Below, piece after piece: positions 20,730-31,236 of a stretch of 64,000 nucleotides of DNA (positions within the stretch are counted from its first letter, which is position 1; each line of letters starts with the position of its first letter). The stretch is taken from the NCBI GenBank assembly GCA_963769425.1, contig CAVYLP010000004.1, positions 361,052-425,051 on the forward strand. The letters run 5' to 3'. The stretch is from Candidatus Bathyarchaeota archaeon (GTDB taxonomy: Archaea; Thermoproteota; Bathyarchaeia; TCS64). Made by a program: the position numbers and the translations under genes. Under the pieces are notes generated by a model. It made no database searches and had not been told where the DNA came from. It saw only the letters and a program-made list of their open reading frames with translations.

Positions 20730-21845
20730 GTGGGGTTAAAAAGAAATCATTTGATTCTAGTTGTGGTAGTTCTAATTGCCGCTTTCAGTGTCGCCATCTT
20801 TCTGAAGATGCCACTCTTACATGAGCAGTTTACCCAGAGCACAGCCGATGCGTTGAATGAACAGATAATTAATACCCCGCCGGGGAGTAGCTCGGAGAGC
20901 CGCAGAGACCTGCTTCTGAGCTTTGACGACTTCATCTCGAAGAATTTTCCAGTCACACTCACTCAGGGCGCGGTGGCGAATCTACTCGAACTCAGAACAA
21001 AGCGAGCCATTGAGGAGATCCGCTCCACCAGTGTCCAGGAGGGGAGCATGAGGGTCTGGTACATATACAACATGGGGGTTGTCATCAAGACGGCGAACGC
21101 CACTATAGGCATAGACGTAGCAGGCACGTATGTGGCCCCCTCCATCGCCGACGTCGGAGGGCTCCTCGACGTGCTCATCGTGACCCACCCCCACGGAGAC
21201 CATCTCGACGCGAAGGTCGCAGCCGCCGCGGCGAAGGCCGGGGCTAAGATTGTCGTAGCTGACGAGAGGGTAAGGGTCGACTACCTGAATCAGAATAACC
21301 TAGTGAGGGACCCTAATGGGGAGAGTATGGTCAAGGTCCTCACCGGGTCAGCCTTGGCAGCTCAGGCATTGGTCGGTTTGGAGCCGGGGGGGACAATTGA
21401 CGTGAAGGGTGTCAGGATCACGGCGTACCCCGCGGAGCACAGTACTCCGAATGACACTGAGGACGCCTTCTCGGCGACGCCTACGGATTGGTTCTACGTC
21501 GAGGTCTCGGGTTTCTGCATCCTTCATACCGGGGACGGCTTCTTCAATGGCTTAAAGCCTGATTTCTCGGGTAAACGTGTGGACCTCTACATTATTCACT
21601 ACGTTGACGGGATGATCACAGAGGACTACTATAAGCTGGTTCCGCAGAGCCGCGTCATGTTCCCGCTTCATCTCCATGAGCTCGGCCACGGTAGGGGGAT
21701 ACTTGACTATGCGATGTTCAGTAACGCCCTCGGGCAGGAGAGGAATGGTGATCTCTGGCTCAGCCATACAGTGCCTCAGGATACGGGGATGCGCTACGTC
21801 CCTCTCGTCTGGGGTGAGAGCTTGGAAATGAGTGTCGGCAAATGA
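20730..21845 (+). CDS. Exported MBL-fold metallohydrolase
   Basis: N-terminal TM; THPHGDH, HTGD, PLH motifs. Confidence 0.85.
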   Translation: MGLKRNHLILVVVVLIAAFSVAIFLKMPLLHEQFTQSTADALNEQIINTPPGSSSESRRDLLLSFDDFISKNFPVTLTQGAVANLLELRTKRAIEEIRSTSVQEGSMRVWYIYNMGVVIKTANATIGIDVAGTYVAPSIADVGGLLDVLIVTHPHGDHLDAKVAAAAAKAGAKIVVADERVRVDYLNQNNLVRDPNGESMVKVLTGSALAAQALVGLEPGGTIDVKGVRITAYPAEHSTPNDTEDAFSATPTDWFYVEVSGFCILHTGDGFFNGLKPDFSGKRVDLYIIHYVDGMITEDYYKLVPQSRVMFPLHLHELGHGRGILDYAMFSNALGQERNGDLWLSHTVPQDTGMRYVPLVWGESLEMSVGK

Positions 21846-21937
21846 GAGAACGTGTTTTCTAACTACGCACTTATACTTCTCCACTTCTCCTGCATATTAT
21901 CAGCAGTTTCAAAACCTTTCACAGGAAAAATTCTACG

Positions 21938-22456
21938 TTACTTTAACTCGGGTTTAATTGCCTTGTTTCGACCGTCGCCGTGGACTCTGTCCCCAAGAGC
22001 TGCCTTTAGGACTCTCATGTCCTGCGGGTCTGCGTCAAAGACATACTTGTATTCACCCTGATTGGATACCAGGGTTAACAAGTACCTGTCCACTTGGATG
22101 TGGGAGTCCTCATCTTTTCCCTCATTCTCGTAGTCTACGTAGGCTCTTGTTACCTCTGGTAGATCTAAGGCAATGTTTCCTGGTGTTTCAGCTAAGATTT
22201 GTTCGGGGCTCATCTTAAGATATTTGCGTGAATACTCCACTATGTCCTGGGGAAGCAGAACCTTACCGGCTAATAGTTTACCCATGAACCCTTTCGCACG
22301 GACTTTAGACATTGCTAAAGCCTCCTGCATCTGTGGGCCGCCGAACTGAGTAAGTAGAATCCTATGCTCCGTGGTGACCAACATCCAGCCTTTTGTGGTG
22401 GGTTTTCCGGTTGCCTGTATGAGATGTTGGATGACACCTACTACTTGTTCGACCAT
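21938..22456 (-). CDS. Hypothetical protein (possible PH-like fold)
   Basis: MLVTTEHRILL; SPEQILAE..NIAL. Confidence 0.6.
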   Translation of the reverse strand: MVEQVVGVIQHLIQATGKPTTKGWMLVTTEHRILLTQFGGPQMQEALAMSKVRAKGFMGKLLAGKVLLPQDIVEYSRKYLKMSPEQILAETPGNIALDLPEVTRAYVDYENEGKDEDSHIQVDRYLLTLVSNQGEYKYVFDADPQDMRVLKAALGDRVHGDGRNKAIKPELK

Positions 22457-22515
22457 GGTTATAGTTACATCCAGATATAAAAAAAATTTCTTAGAAAAAG
22501 CAATAATTTTCGCTA

Positions 22516-23076
22516 TTATCGTCTCTGCCGGAGGTATAGACCGAATATGATTCCTATGACCAGACCTCCTAGGTGAGCGCCATGTGCGATGGTGTCAGGG
22601 GTGAATAATCCCAGCAGGTCGAGTAATGCGTAGGCTGGAACGATTACGATTATTGGCAGGGGGAGGATGAAGCCGAGGTACACGACCTGTAGGGGGTCGA
22701 GGACGGCGAGGGCTCCCATTATGCCGTAGATTGACCCGGAGGCCCCGAGACCCGGTATATATGGGCTGAATGATGTGATCTGGTACCCGATGTTTCCGAT
22801 TATTCCGGCGAGTATGAAGATTATTAGGAAAAGTTTCGGTCCTAGGATCCGCTCAAGGTAGGTCCCGAAGATTAGAAGCACGACCATGTTTACGATTAAG
22901 TGTTCGAGGCTCGCGTGCAGGAAGATTGAGGTGATATAAACCCAGGGGTATTGTGAGGCGTATGCGGGTATGAAGGTGAAGTAGATCCATCTCGTCGTGA
23001 GGTTCTGCAGGATGAAGATGACGACCATTAATGCGATTAGAATATAGGTCCATCGCACTGGATGCGCTTCGGCCAT
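22516..23076 (-). CDS. Rhomboid intramembrane serine protease
   Basis: SIFLHA..HL..NM, GASGSIYG, AHGAHLGG. Confidence 0.95.
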   Translation of the reverse strand: MAEAHPVRWTYILIALMVVIFILQNLTTRWIYFTFIPAYASQYPWVYITSIFLHASLEHLIVNMVVLLIFGTYLERILGPKLFLIIFILAGIIGNIGYQITSFSPYIPGLGASGSIYGIMGALAVLDPLQVVYLGFILPLPIIVIVPAYALLDLLGLFTPDTIAHGAHLGGLVIGIIFGLYLRQRR

Positions 23077-23393
23077 TGTGAGTCGATTTCTCTTTCTTTA
23101 CGTATTTTAACCATCGCTTACAGGAGGGAAAATCCGGCGACTCGACCTTTATGACCTCTGCCACTACATCAGCTAACGGTATCATGCAGAATGGCCCAGT
23201 TGGATATTGTCAGTGGTCGATTATCCTAGAGTTGGGAAGTGTCTTCGCCGGATAATTCACCTAAAAAGGCTAATTTATGTTATTAAAAGACACTGGTCCT
23301 AAGCAACCTCGGTTATCAATGTAGACCAGAGATGAATACCTCGGGTGAGAAACCCGTTTTAAATAGATTGCCGATTCAAGATCCGGTGAAAAG

Positions 23394-23579
23394 ATGGATA
23401 CAAAGACGAAAGCTCTGGGACTTCTACTAATCGCACTTGTGGCCGGCGGGGCATTTGTAATCGTTCATGCTCAGGCTGAAGACGCAGCCGTACCACAGCA
23501 GGCCAAGAATCTGTATAAACAAGTTGTTGCGGGTAGATGGTGGCTGGTCAGGGCTCTGATTCGCCATAATGCATTATGA
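23394..23579 (+). CDS. Short exported protein or truncated remnant
   Basis: Signal-peptide-like N-terminus; GGTGA RBS. Confidence 0.4.
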   Translation: MDTKTKALGLLLIALVAGGAFVIVHAQAEDAAVPQQAKNLYKQVVAGRWWLVRALIRHNAL

Positions 23580-23632
23580 TATCGTGCTCGCCTTAGATTT
23601 TTCAAGTTAAAATTGAGAATTCTTACCCGATT

Positions 23633-23782
23633 TCATGCCCTTATTTTCTTAGTTGCCTTTCTCATTGCCTCTACATTTGGGTACTTTGCACATTCGTCGC
23701 AAAGCTCGTTATCCGGGTTAGTGGTGTTTAGGGTCTTGTTGCACAACTTGCAGTGGCCCAGTTTTGGCGTCTTCGTGCTCAT
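23633..23782 (-). CDS. Small Zn-finger protein (49 aa)
   Basis: MSTKTPKLGHCKLC...CDEC, from ATG 23782. Confidence 0.5.
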   Translation of the reverse strand: MSTKTPKLGHCKLCNKTLNTTNPDNELCDECAKYPNVEAMRKATKKIRA

Positions 23783-23918
23783 GTTTGGTTCAAATAGCAA
23801 TTTGAAATTGTGATTAATATAGTTCCCCCTTAGAGAGTATATGCGCTTCTCTGTTTTACCGCGGTCGATGTTGAGGTTTTTATTCAAGTAATTTATTTCA
23901 GAGGATGTGTGAAAGACT

Positions 23919-24332
23919 TTGAGCGAGGAGATGAGGCCGCCCCTAGAGTTTGATGTCAAGGACCTGAGGACGGGTAAGCCTATTCACTTCAAGATAAATC
24001 TGGGAAAGGTTACCCTTCCTCATCACATTGATCTCGTAATTCCTCCGTTCAAGTACAGCGTCGACTTCGCCGAGAGCGCCATCGATGGGGATAAGTCATA
24101 TGGTGGTTTGAATTATTACGCGGCCAAGGAGCTAAAAATGGCTTTCAAGTACCCACCCGATGTCGTGATTGTGGCTAAGCAGACTACGGGGGATCCCTCG
24201 AATCGTGAGAACAAGCTCGAGAGCACAATTGCTCACGAGATCATTGAGGCGGAGCTTATGAAGACTGGGTTACCGTACCATATCGCTCACATGTACGCAA
24301 TGGAGTACGAGAAGGGCGTCTACACGGAGTAA
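23919..24332 (+). CDS. Hypothetical protein with HExxE...H motif
   Basis: IAHEIIEAELMKTGLPYHIAHMYAMEYE. Confidence 0.6.
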   Translation: MSEEMRPPLEFDVKDLRTGKPIHFKINLGKVTLPHHIDLVIPPFKYSVDFAESAIDGDKSYGGLNYYAAKELKMAFKYPPDVVIVAKQTTGDPSNRENKLESTIAHEIIEAELMKTGLPYHIAHMYAMEYEKGVYTE

Positions 24333-24737
24333 CGTCGCAACTCTTTTTAAAGGCAAATTTAGCTTAGGGGAAGTGCAAATTTTCAAGCGCTCTGTTCCCC
24401 GTCAGCACCTTATCAAACGCGATTAATACGTTTTTACTTGAAGGTTTTTCTTTTTGTTTTTCTTTTTATTGTACAATAAGTTCTGATCGAAGACTTGCAT
24501 TTATTACAATTTTTTACCGTACTTACTCTTAAAATACACAAAAACTTCCCTTCCTATCTATAGGGTGCTAAGTCGCTTAAGAAGGATGGCTTTCGTCGGC
24601 TTTAATAAGCAAAGAAAATCGTTTATTCGAACTTATTTGATGCTGCTCAATAACCAGTATATTACCCAAATATGAGTGCAATACCCCAATATATGCGTGC
24701 ACTATTTGGATTAGGATTTGTGATTGTGTTATAATGG

Positions 24738-24992
24738 CTATTTTTCTACTTCTATCAAGATGATTTTAAATCCATTTATCTCCCCTGCTGATACCTGTGA
24801 TTCAAGTTTCGTTGTCATTATCTCCTCCGCCTCTTCTTTCGAATAGGCGTGCACCTTCTGTTTCTTGGATCTGGATCCCTCCACTTCATAAGTTACAATG
24901 AAATCGATTCTCTTACTATTTGCCGTCTTATCCAGTGTATCTTTCGCCTTGTTGCGTACCTTCTTTGACCCTTGTTGCTCTTCTTTCATCAT
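24738..24992 (-). CDS. Hypothetical protein
   Basis: ATG ORF; VHAYSKEEAEEI. Confidence 0.5.
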   Translation of the reverse strand: MMKEEQQGSKKVRNKAKDTLDKTANSKRIDFIVTYEVEGSRSKKQKVHAYSKEEAEEIMTTKLESQVSAGEINGFKIILIEVEK

Positions 24993-25348
24993 GACCGAAT
25001 TAGATTTACGGGCTATGTGGTTTAAATTTATGGTGGCGTGTACCCATTTTTTTAGGCTTGTGTTATTATATTATGCGAATAGCTTTTTAGAATTGTTACT
25101 TCCGGTAAAAATTGCCCTTTTTGGGTTATGGGGTTGTTTTTATCGGTATTCACGTTTTCGTGGTCGGAGCGAACCGGCGCAAATTACACCATTTTGCTCA
25201 CTTATCGGATTACGAGAATGATTTCGCGCAAACTCAGTTATAGGTCGCTCTGAGAGCTAAGCGATTGCTCCTAGACATCTCACGTGCAACTCTGTGCGCG
25301 TGATTAGGGGAGGTAGAATCGTGGTGGAAGTTTCAGTTTTATACGACT

Positions 25349-28300
25349 TTACTTTTTAAGGTGTAGGGTTTTTCCTTCTAGATTTATTCTATTTCCCACT
25401 AGCATTTTCTCCAGCTCCGTTTCGAGTATTTTGTTGGTTTTAGGTGTCTGTCTGGCCCTGAAGGCGTTCGCGGTTTCCTGTATGAGGGATTCGCGGCTTA
25501 GACCTAAGGAGTGGCTTAGGACGTGCAGCATCATCGTCTCTATCTCCTCTGAGGGTATGTATTCGATTGGCCTGACCTCGGCTTCGGGCCCGTTTAGGGG
25601 CACCCTCATCTTGACCGTTATGACCCCCATGGGCCATAGGTAGTCTCCGCGTTTTTCGAGTTTGCCTTTTTTTGTCATTTCCTCGACGGTTGCCCAGTAC
25701 GCTTTGTGGAAGGAGGGTGGTGCTGGCTTCAGGTTCATGGCTTTGTTTAGGCGTTTGAATGCGTACTCAAGGTGTATGGGGCCCTCTACGCGGACAAGTT
25801 TGGGTAGAAGGTTTCGGATTTCGAGGAGGTAGAGGTCAAGGTAGAGTTCCCTCTGGCTAGGGGGGATCGAGTTGAAGGTCTGGCTTGATTCAAGGGATGC
25901 CCTCCGGTAGGGTTCCGACCCGGGGAGTTCATCGCTTCTTCTCTCGGTTACCTTTTCGTATTCGATGCCTTTTTTCGGAGTGGTTCCTTTGATTTGGATT
26001 TTCTCGTGGCCTTTTTCGTGTGTTTCAGCCTGCTTTAGTGCTTGTGCGAGGCGCTCCACTTCGGTGGCTCGTCTGTAGACCCACTCTGGGGACCAGATTC
26101 TGTGTAAATCCCAGCCCATTCCCTCAAGTACCTGGGCTCTGAGTCTATCCCTATCCCTCGTGGTGGCTGTTGACCAGTAGCTCTCTCCATCGAGTATGAC
26201 GCCTAGAATGAATCTGTGGAGGTTCTCCGGGGTCTTTACGCCGATGTCTACTCTCAGCGAGCTTTCCCCTATTTGTGGGATCGCTACATACCCGAGTTTC
26301 CGGATCTCTTCTGCGACATCTTTCTGTATTTCCGGTAGGTTTGTCGACTCCTCATTTGGCAACTCCGGTGTTTTGGATGCCTGCTCTACATAGGTCATGT
26401 AGTCGTGCAGACACTTCACGCCGACGGATTTGGTCGTGGATAGGTCTATTTCGCTTGACTTGAAGGAGCTGACGAGTATTACTTTCTCGCGTGCCCTTGT
26501 CACGGCGACGTTTAGCCGGCGCTCCCCTCCATCCATGTTCAGCGGGCCAAAGTTCATGGTCATGACTCCTCCTTTGTCGTAGCCGTACCCGACGCTGATG
26601 ACTATGACGTCTCTCTCATCGCCCTGAATATTTTCAAGGTTCTTGACGAAGAAGCCTCTGAGGCGATCCTCGTGGAGTAGATTCTTGTATTCAGGGTTCT
26701 GGGCTAGGCGGGCCTCGATTTCATCTTTGACGGTGTTCATCTGGCTTATGCTGAAGGTCATGACGCCGAGGGATTTCTCAGGGTGCTCTGTGAGATGTTT
26801 GAATACGATATCCGCTACTACCACAGCTTCCTTCGGGTTGTTACGTGCGCCTCCTCGGTCGTAGACTCCATCCGGCACGTAGGTGAACTCTAACCCGAGC
26901 TCGCCTCCTTTATTGGCAGCGGGTGGGAAGGTGATGAGTTTGTTATCGTAGAACTCCTTGTTTGAGAAAGCTATGAGTGAGTCGTGCTTGCTCCTATAGT
27001 GCCAGCGTAGCATGCTGACGGGTAGTCCCATACCCATGCACTCGTCTAGTACGCTGTCGTATACCCCCACTTCTTGGGTTGCTTCTTCCCACTCAGTGTC
27101 GTTTTCGGCGATGTACTGGAAGAATGGAGTTGGAGGTAGTTGCTTGTTGTCGCCTGCCACTATCAGGGTGTCACCCCTGTATATGGATCCAACCGCGTCC
27201 TCGGTGAAGATCTGGGAGGCCTCGTCGAAGACGACGAGGTCGAAGTGTAGTCGTTCGGGAAGTATGAACTGGCTCACTGATATTGGGCTCATCAGGAGGC
27301 AGGGCTTTAGTCTCCTGATGAGGTTGGGTACTCTGTTGAACAGTTGGCGGAGTGGCATCTGTCTTCGCTTCTTGGCCGCTTCCTTGAGGAGAATGTTGAT
27401 CTCCGAATCTGGGGCGTCGACGAAGACTCCTTGAGGTTTTTTTGCGTTTGCTGCTTCGATGACCTTTTTAGGTGACCTCTCTATCAAAGCGGAGTCGAGG
27501 GATCTGAAGTCATCGACGACTTGGTCCTGGTCTTTGGCCCTGAAGGAGCCTAGGGTCGCGTCCTCTTCCGCGAAGTAGTTTATGAGGCCGCTGTAAATTG
27601 ATTTCTTGTAGACATCGATTAGAATCTCTCTGCGGTATCTCTTCTCGACGAGTTGTTCGACTAGGTTCCTGAGTCCCCCTTCGATGAGTCTAGAGGATGA
27701 ATTATTGAAGTCTATCCACGCTTGTAGGTCATCTATTCTTTGGGCGAGTTTCTCCGAGACGAGTAGAACCTCGTCGACGGTGAGGCTCTGGGCTCGTTCT
27801 CCCCAAAGGGGGTTGCTGAACCTTGAGTTCAACTCGTTGATCAGGCTATGTATCTCTCGGAGGTGTTTCTGGGAGTCAAACTTCGGGGGCTCAAGGGTTG
27901 GATCTGTGGCGAAGCCGATGACTTCTGCTGTGGGCTTCGTCGGTAGGGCCTTGAGGAGGGCGCGTGTCCATTCTATTGCAGCTATCACCTTCAGCCAGTT
28001 GGTGGAGGTTCCTTGGTAGAGTCCCCCATACGTCTCTCTTAGCTGGTAGGCTTGTTCGGTCTCCTCTTCCTCGAAGCTTTGTAGTCTTTCAGTCTTCCTG
28101 ATGTCTAAAAGGAGTGTAAGGAGGGTCTTAGGGTGATCTGAGGTCAATGTGATGAGGGCGGGCTGAAGGACTTCGTGGAGAGTTTCTAGTCTCTTTTTGA
28201 GCTCGGTGGCCCAATCCTTCAGCTCTCTCAGGGGGAGGTTCACAAACCTAGTTTTACCGTTTTGGTTCCTCTCTGGAAGGATCACGCGTAACGGTTTCTG

Positions 28301-30886
28301 CGCTGCTCTCCAGCTTTGCAGCGAAGCGCCTAGGCTTCGGGATAGGGTGAGGAGTTCATCACTTGGCTTTGTGGCTATGCAGAGGTTGTCCCTTGTCAGC
28401 TTCGGGGCTCTGGAGGAGTGTATTAGGTGCAGTATCTCTTTGGCGTTGTTGATTGCTTCTCCAGCGGCCTCTAGGTCGGGGTTTCCGTCCCGATAGTAGG
28501 CTCCAAGTCTGCTCTTAGCCTCCTCCTGCTCGGAGGCTACTGTCTTCTGCAGCTCCTTTAGCTCTAAACCCAATTTGAGATCTTGGAGAACAGTTATTGG
28601 GATTTCTCCGGTAATTGTCGCCCTTGATATTTCGTCCCTGATATTGTAGTAACTTGGCCTCAGGTATCTGAGGGGGGATGACCAGGTACCCTCAAGGTAG
28701 GTTATTATGGTTGGAAGATCAAGGGACGTAACCTCGTCCCTGTAAGCAGTGAGTTTTGACTTGAGTTCGTCTCTTTTTAGTCGCTGTGCCTTGGCCTTTT
28801 CGAGGTATTTCTCCGTCTGCTCAAGGTCAGCTTTATTGAGCCAGTTTCTATCAGGTTTGTTGGTACTTTCGCAGAGTTTTGTGATGCGGTGGATTCGTCT
28901 TGCCGTAGTGATTGTCAGTGTATCGGTGGGGAGACCCAGGATCGTCGAGATCTTTTCTGTTAACTCTCCCCATTTATCTGCGTCTCTTATGGTATGATCT
29001 AGGAATTTTATTAGGTCATCGAGGTGTTTTAGGATGTCCTGGTCGCCCTTGAGATTGGGTTGGAGGAGTTCGGAGGTTTTCTTCCAGGTTTCCTCGACTC
29101 TTTCAGCTGTGCCTCTTGGGAGACTCCTGAACCTGCTATCGTACCTACTTTCAAGGTCGGCTCTAATCGCCCAGTATTCGCCCCACTTCAGGTTATTTGC
29201 TTCAGCTACCTGTTGAACCTTGGTTAGGTCAACGTCTTGGAGCCAACGCTGTGGTGGGTGGGGGGTGGCTTCTATGATGTTCGCTAGTCTCTGGAGTGTG
29301 TCATAGCTTTCGAGGCTCTTCGGTGTATCGAGCCTGAGTTTTTCACAGTAGTCGTTTGCGTTTGAGTGTAGCTGTTTGGTTGCGTCTATTAGTGAGGTGA
29401 GTAAGTTGGTCCACTCATTGCGTACGTCTAATGTGTATGTTGTTGCTTTGCAGCCATTCCAGGGAAATTCTGCACCTTCTTCTACGACGACCCAGGAGTT
29501 TTGGAGGTAGTTGATCTGCTCTTCGAGGCTGAAGATTGTCTTCTGGTCGAGGGTGCTGAAGCTCGTGTACCCTGATGGGATTAGTGGAAGGGATCCGAGT
29601 TTTGCGACCTCGTTTAGGATCTTGTAGGCACTTGTGTTGGAGGGTTGTCTAGTCTTGTGGAGGGATTCAACGTATGTGTTTAGCTGGTTTCTCCGATGCT
29701 TGAGTCGTTCTATTTCCTCCTCGCTCATTCCTTTGCCTGGTTTCAGGTGCTCTGTTAGGGATCTGCTTAGCTCGTTGATGACCTCTCGCTTGTTTGCTTT
29801 GTAGCTGTGTAATTCGAGGCAGTACTCGTCGAGGTTCTTCTCCTTAAGGCGGTTGTATACTACCTCGAGTGCAGCCATCTTCTCGCTCACGAAGAGGACG
29901 CTTCTACCGGCGGCGATGTATTCGGATATTATGTTGGAAATTGTCTGGCTCTTTCCGGTTCCGGGTGGACCATGCATTACATAGGATTGTCCTCGGAGCG
30001 CGTATTGGATGCAGAGTTGCTGGCTGCTGTCGGCGTCCAAGATCTGGTACGTTTTGCCTGGGTCCACGATGGCGTCAAGGTCCTCGACCTTGGGTAGGTT
30101 TCGTTGGATGAGTCCAATGTTGGAGACTCCTGCTAGGGCCTTCAGGGTTGGGTGTTCGGTGATGCGTCTTAGGTTGTCCGTCATGTCCTGGTAAATCGCG
30201 AGTTTGGCGAAGCTGAATAGGCCAAGGTATACGGTGGGCTCGACGGTCCACCCCAGCTCTTTTACGACTGCTTTTATGGTCGCCAGGTAGCTTGACGGGG
30301 TCTGTTCCTCTTGCTCCTGGAGGTAGGAGAGGTCCAAGTCGTGCTCGTATTTCAGTTTGAGTATGAGGGCTGGGTTGACGAGCAGGTCTTCCTCTACTGG
30401 AGGTACCCTTATCTGGTATGGTTCACGCGTCGAGTCTCTTGTGAGCTCGACGGGGGTTAGGAGCAGGGGTGAGATGATCTCCTGGCTGCTATTCTTCTCG
30501 GTCCACCTCAGTTGGCCGAATGTTACGTAGAGGATCCGTATTCCACGTTCAGTGTACTCGGTTTGGGAGCGTCGGCTTAGGTTTCGGAGGGTTCTGTCGA
30601 GTTGGTTTGGGTCCGACGACTCTAAGGTGATCTCGTTGCTCTTGGGTGCCCTCTTTTTTGGTGTTGGCTCACCCGGCATCGTCGTTGGGGGTTGTTGGAT
30701 CTCCCAGCTTCTCCCCCTTGTGACGAGTCGGCTGTAAACGGCCTCCATGTCGGGGGAGGTGAGGGTGAGGAGTGAGGTTTTAGTTGGTTGGAGATAGATG
30801 GCTTTGTTTCTTTTAGTGAGGTCGATTAGGCGAAGCTTCCAGTCATCTACGCGTCTGGCTACCCTCTGGGATTCGGGAGATTCCAA
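25349..30886 (-). CDS. DUF4011-SF1 helicase-Vsr/MTES nuclease-DUF3320 protein (Hhe-type defence)
   Basis: WKLRLIDLTKRN (DUF4011); DADSSQ, HGPPGTGKSQTI, SEKMAAL, DEASQ, GDNKQLPP, HYRS, IQGDERD, RRLNVAVTRA; RDRDRLR..L..MGW..RIWS; C-terminal VEGPIH. Confidence 0.92.
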   Translation of the reverse strand: MESPESQRVARRVDDWKLRLIDLTKRNKAIYLQPTKTSLLTLTSPDMEAVYSRLVTRGRSWEIQQPPTTMPGEPTPKKRAPKSNEITLESSDPNQLDRTLRNLSRRSQTEYTERGIRILYVTFGQLRWTEKNSSQEIISPLLLTPVELTRDSTREPYQIRVPPVEEDLLVNPALILKLKYEHDLDLSYLQEQEEQTPSSYLATIKAVVKELGWTVEPTVYLGLFSFAKLAIYQDMTDNLRRITEHPTLKALAGVSNIGLIQRNLPKVEDLDAIVDPGKTYQILDADSSQQLCIQYALRGQSYVMHGPPGTGKSQTISNIISEYIAAGRSVLFVSEKMAALEVVYNRLKEKNLDEYCLELHSYKANKREVINELSRSLTEHLKPGKGMSEEEIERLKHRRNQLNTYVESLHKTRQPSNTSAYKILNEVAKLGSLPLIPSGYTSFSTLDQKTIFSLEEQINYLQNSWVVVEEGAEFPWNGCKATTYTLDVRNEWTNLLTSLIDATKQLHSNANDYCEKLRLDTPKSLESYDTLQRLANIIEATPHPPQRWLQDVDLTKVQQVAEANNLKWGEYWAIRADLESRYDSRFRSLPRGTAERVEETWKKTSELLQPNLKGDQDILKHLDDLIKFLDHTIRDADKWGELTEKISTILGLPTDTLTITTARRIHRITKLCESTNKPDRNWLNKADLEQTEKYLEKAKAQRLKRDELKSKLTAYRDEVTSLDLPTIITYLEGTWSSPLRYLRPSYYNIRDEISRATITGEIPITVLQDLKLGLELKELQKTVASEQEEAKSRLGAYYRDGNPDLEAAGEAINNAKEILHLIHSSRAPKLTRDNLCIATKPSDELLTLSRSLGASLQSWRAAQKPLRVILPERNQNGKTRFVNLPLRELKDWATELKKRLETLHEVLQPALITLTSDHPKTLLTLLLDIRKTERLQSFEEEETEQAYQLRETYGGLYQGTSTNWLKVIAAIEWTRALLKALPTKPTAEVIGFATDPTLEPPKFDSQKHLREIHSLINELNSRFSNPLWGERAQSLTVDEVLLVSEKLAQRIDDLQAWIDFNNSSSRLIEGGLRNLVEQLVEKRYRREILIDVYKKSIYSGLINYFAEEDATLGSFRAKDQDQVVDDFRSLDSALIERSPKKVIEAANAKKPQGVFVDAPDSEINILLKEAAKKRRQMPLRQLFNRVPNLIRRLKPCLLMSPISVSQFILPERLHFDLVVFDEASQIFTEDAVGSIYRGDTLIVAGDNKQLPPTPFFQYIAENDTEWEEATQEVGVYDSVLDECMGMGLPVSMLRWHYRSKHDSLIAFSNKEFYDNKLITFPPAANKGGELGLEFTYVPDGVYDRGGARNNPKEAVVVADIVFKHLTEHPEKSLGVMTFSISQMNTVKDEIEARLAQNPEYKNLLHEDRLRGFFVKNLENIQGDERDVIVISVGYGYDKGGVMTMNFGPLNMDGGERRLNVAVTRAREKVILVSSFKSSEIDLSTTKSVGVKCLHDYMTYVEQASKTPELPNEESTNLPEIQKDVAEEIRKLGYVAIPQIGESSLRVDIGVKTPENLHRFILGVILDGESYWSTATTRDRDRLRAQVLEGMGWDLHRIWSPEWVYRRATEVERLAQALKQAETHEKGHEKIQIKGTTPKKGIEYEKVTERRSDELPGSEPYRRASLESSQTFNSIPPSQRELYLDLYLLEIRNLLPKLVRVEGPIHLEYAFKRLNKAMNLKPAPPSFHKAYWATVEEMTKKGKLEKRGDYLWPMGVITVKMRVPLNGPEAEVRPIEYIPSEEIETMMLHVLSHSLGLSRESLIQETANAFRARQTPKTNKILETELEKMLVGNRINLEGKTLHLKK

Positions 30887-31236
30887 AACGACGGACCTTC
30901 TTTAAACAAAATAGTTTTCTCACAGGTTAAGAGTTTACACAGTATCAAAACTATGTTTACCGCTAAAATGGTCGAAGCCGTGTCCCTAGGAGAAGGTGGC
31001 AACTGAATTGGAGGTATGAAGGCGTACGAGTCTACATTATATTTAATTTAATGGGTAATTTTGCTTCATCACCGGGGCTAAAAAATGGATAGACATGACA
31101 TTTGTGCATGCTACAACTGCTCAGTACAGATGCGCGTGTTTAATGTATACTGGTGAATCACGAATAGGCTGGGTTGAGATGTGAGCGCATTTAATGAGGA
31201 GATTGTGGAAGTTGAAAGCGTGAGCTATGTCTTGAG

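Noticed and set aside
25431-30737. Plus-strand ORFs within the helicase and similar antisense ORFs elsewhere
   Set aside because: Shadows of well-supported genes on the opposite strand
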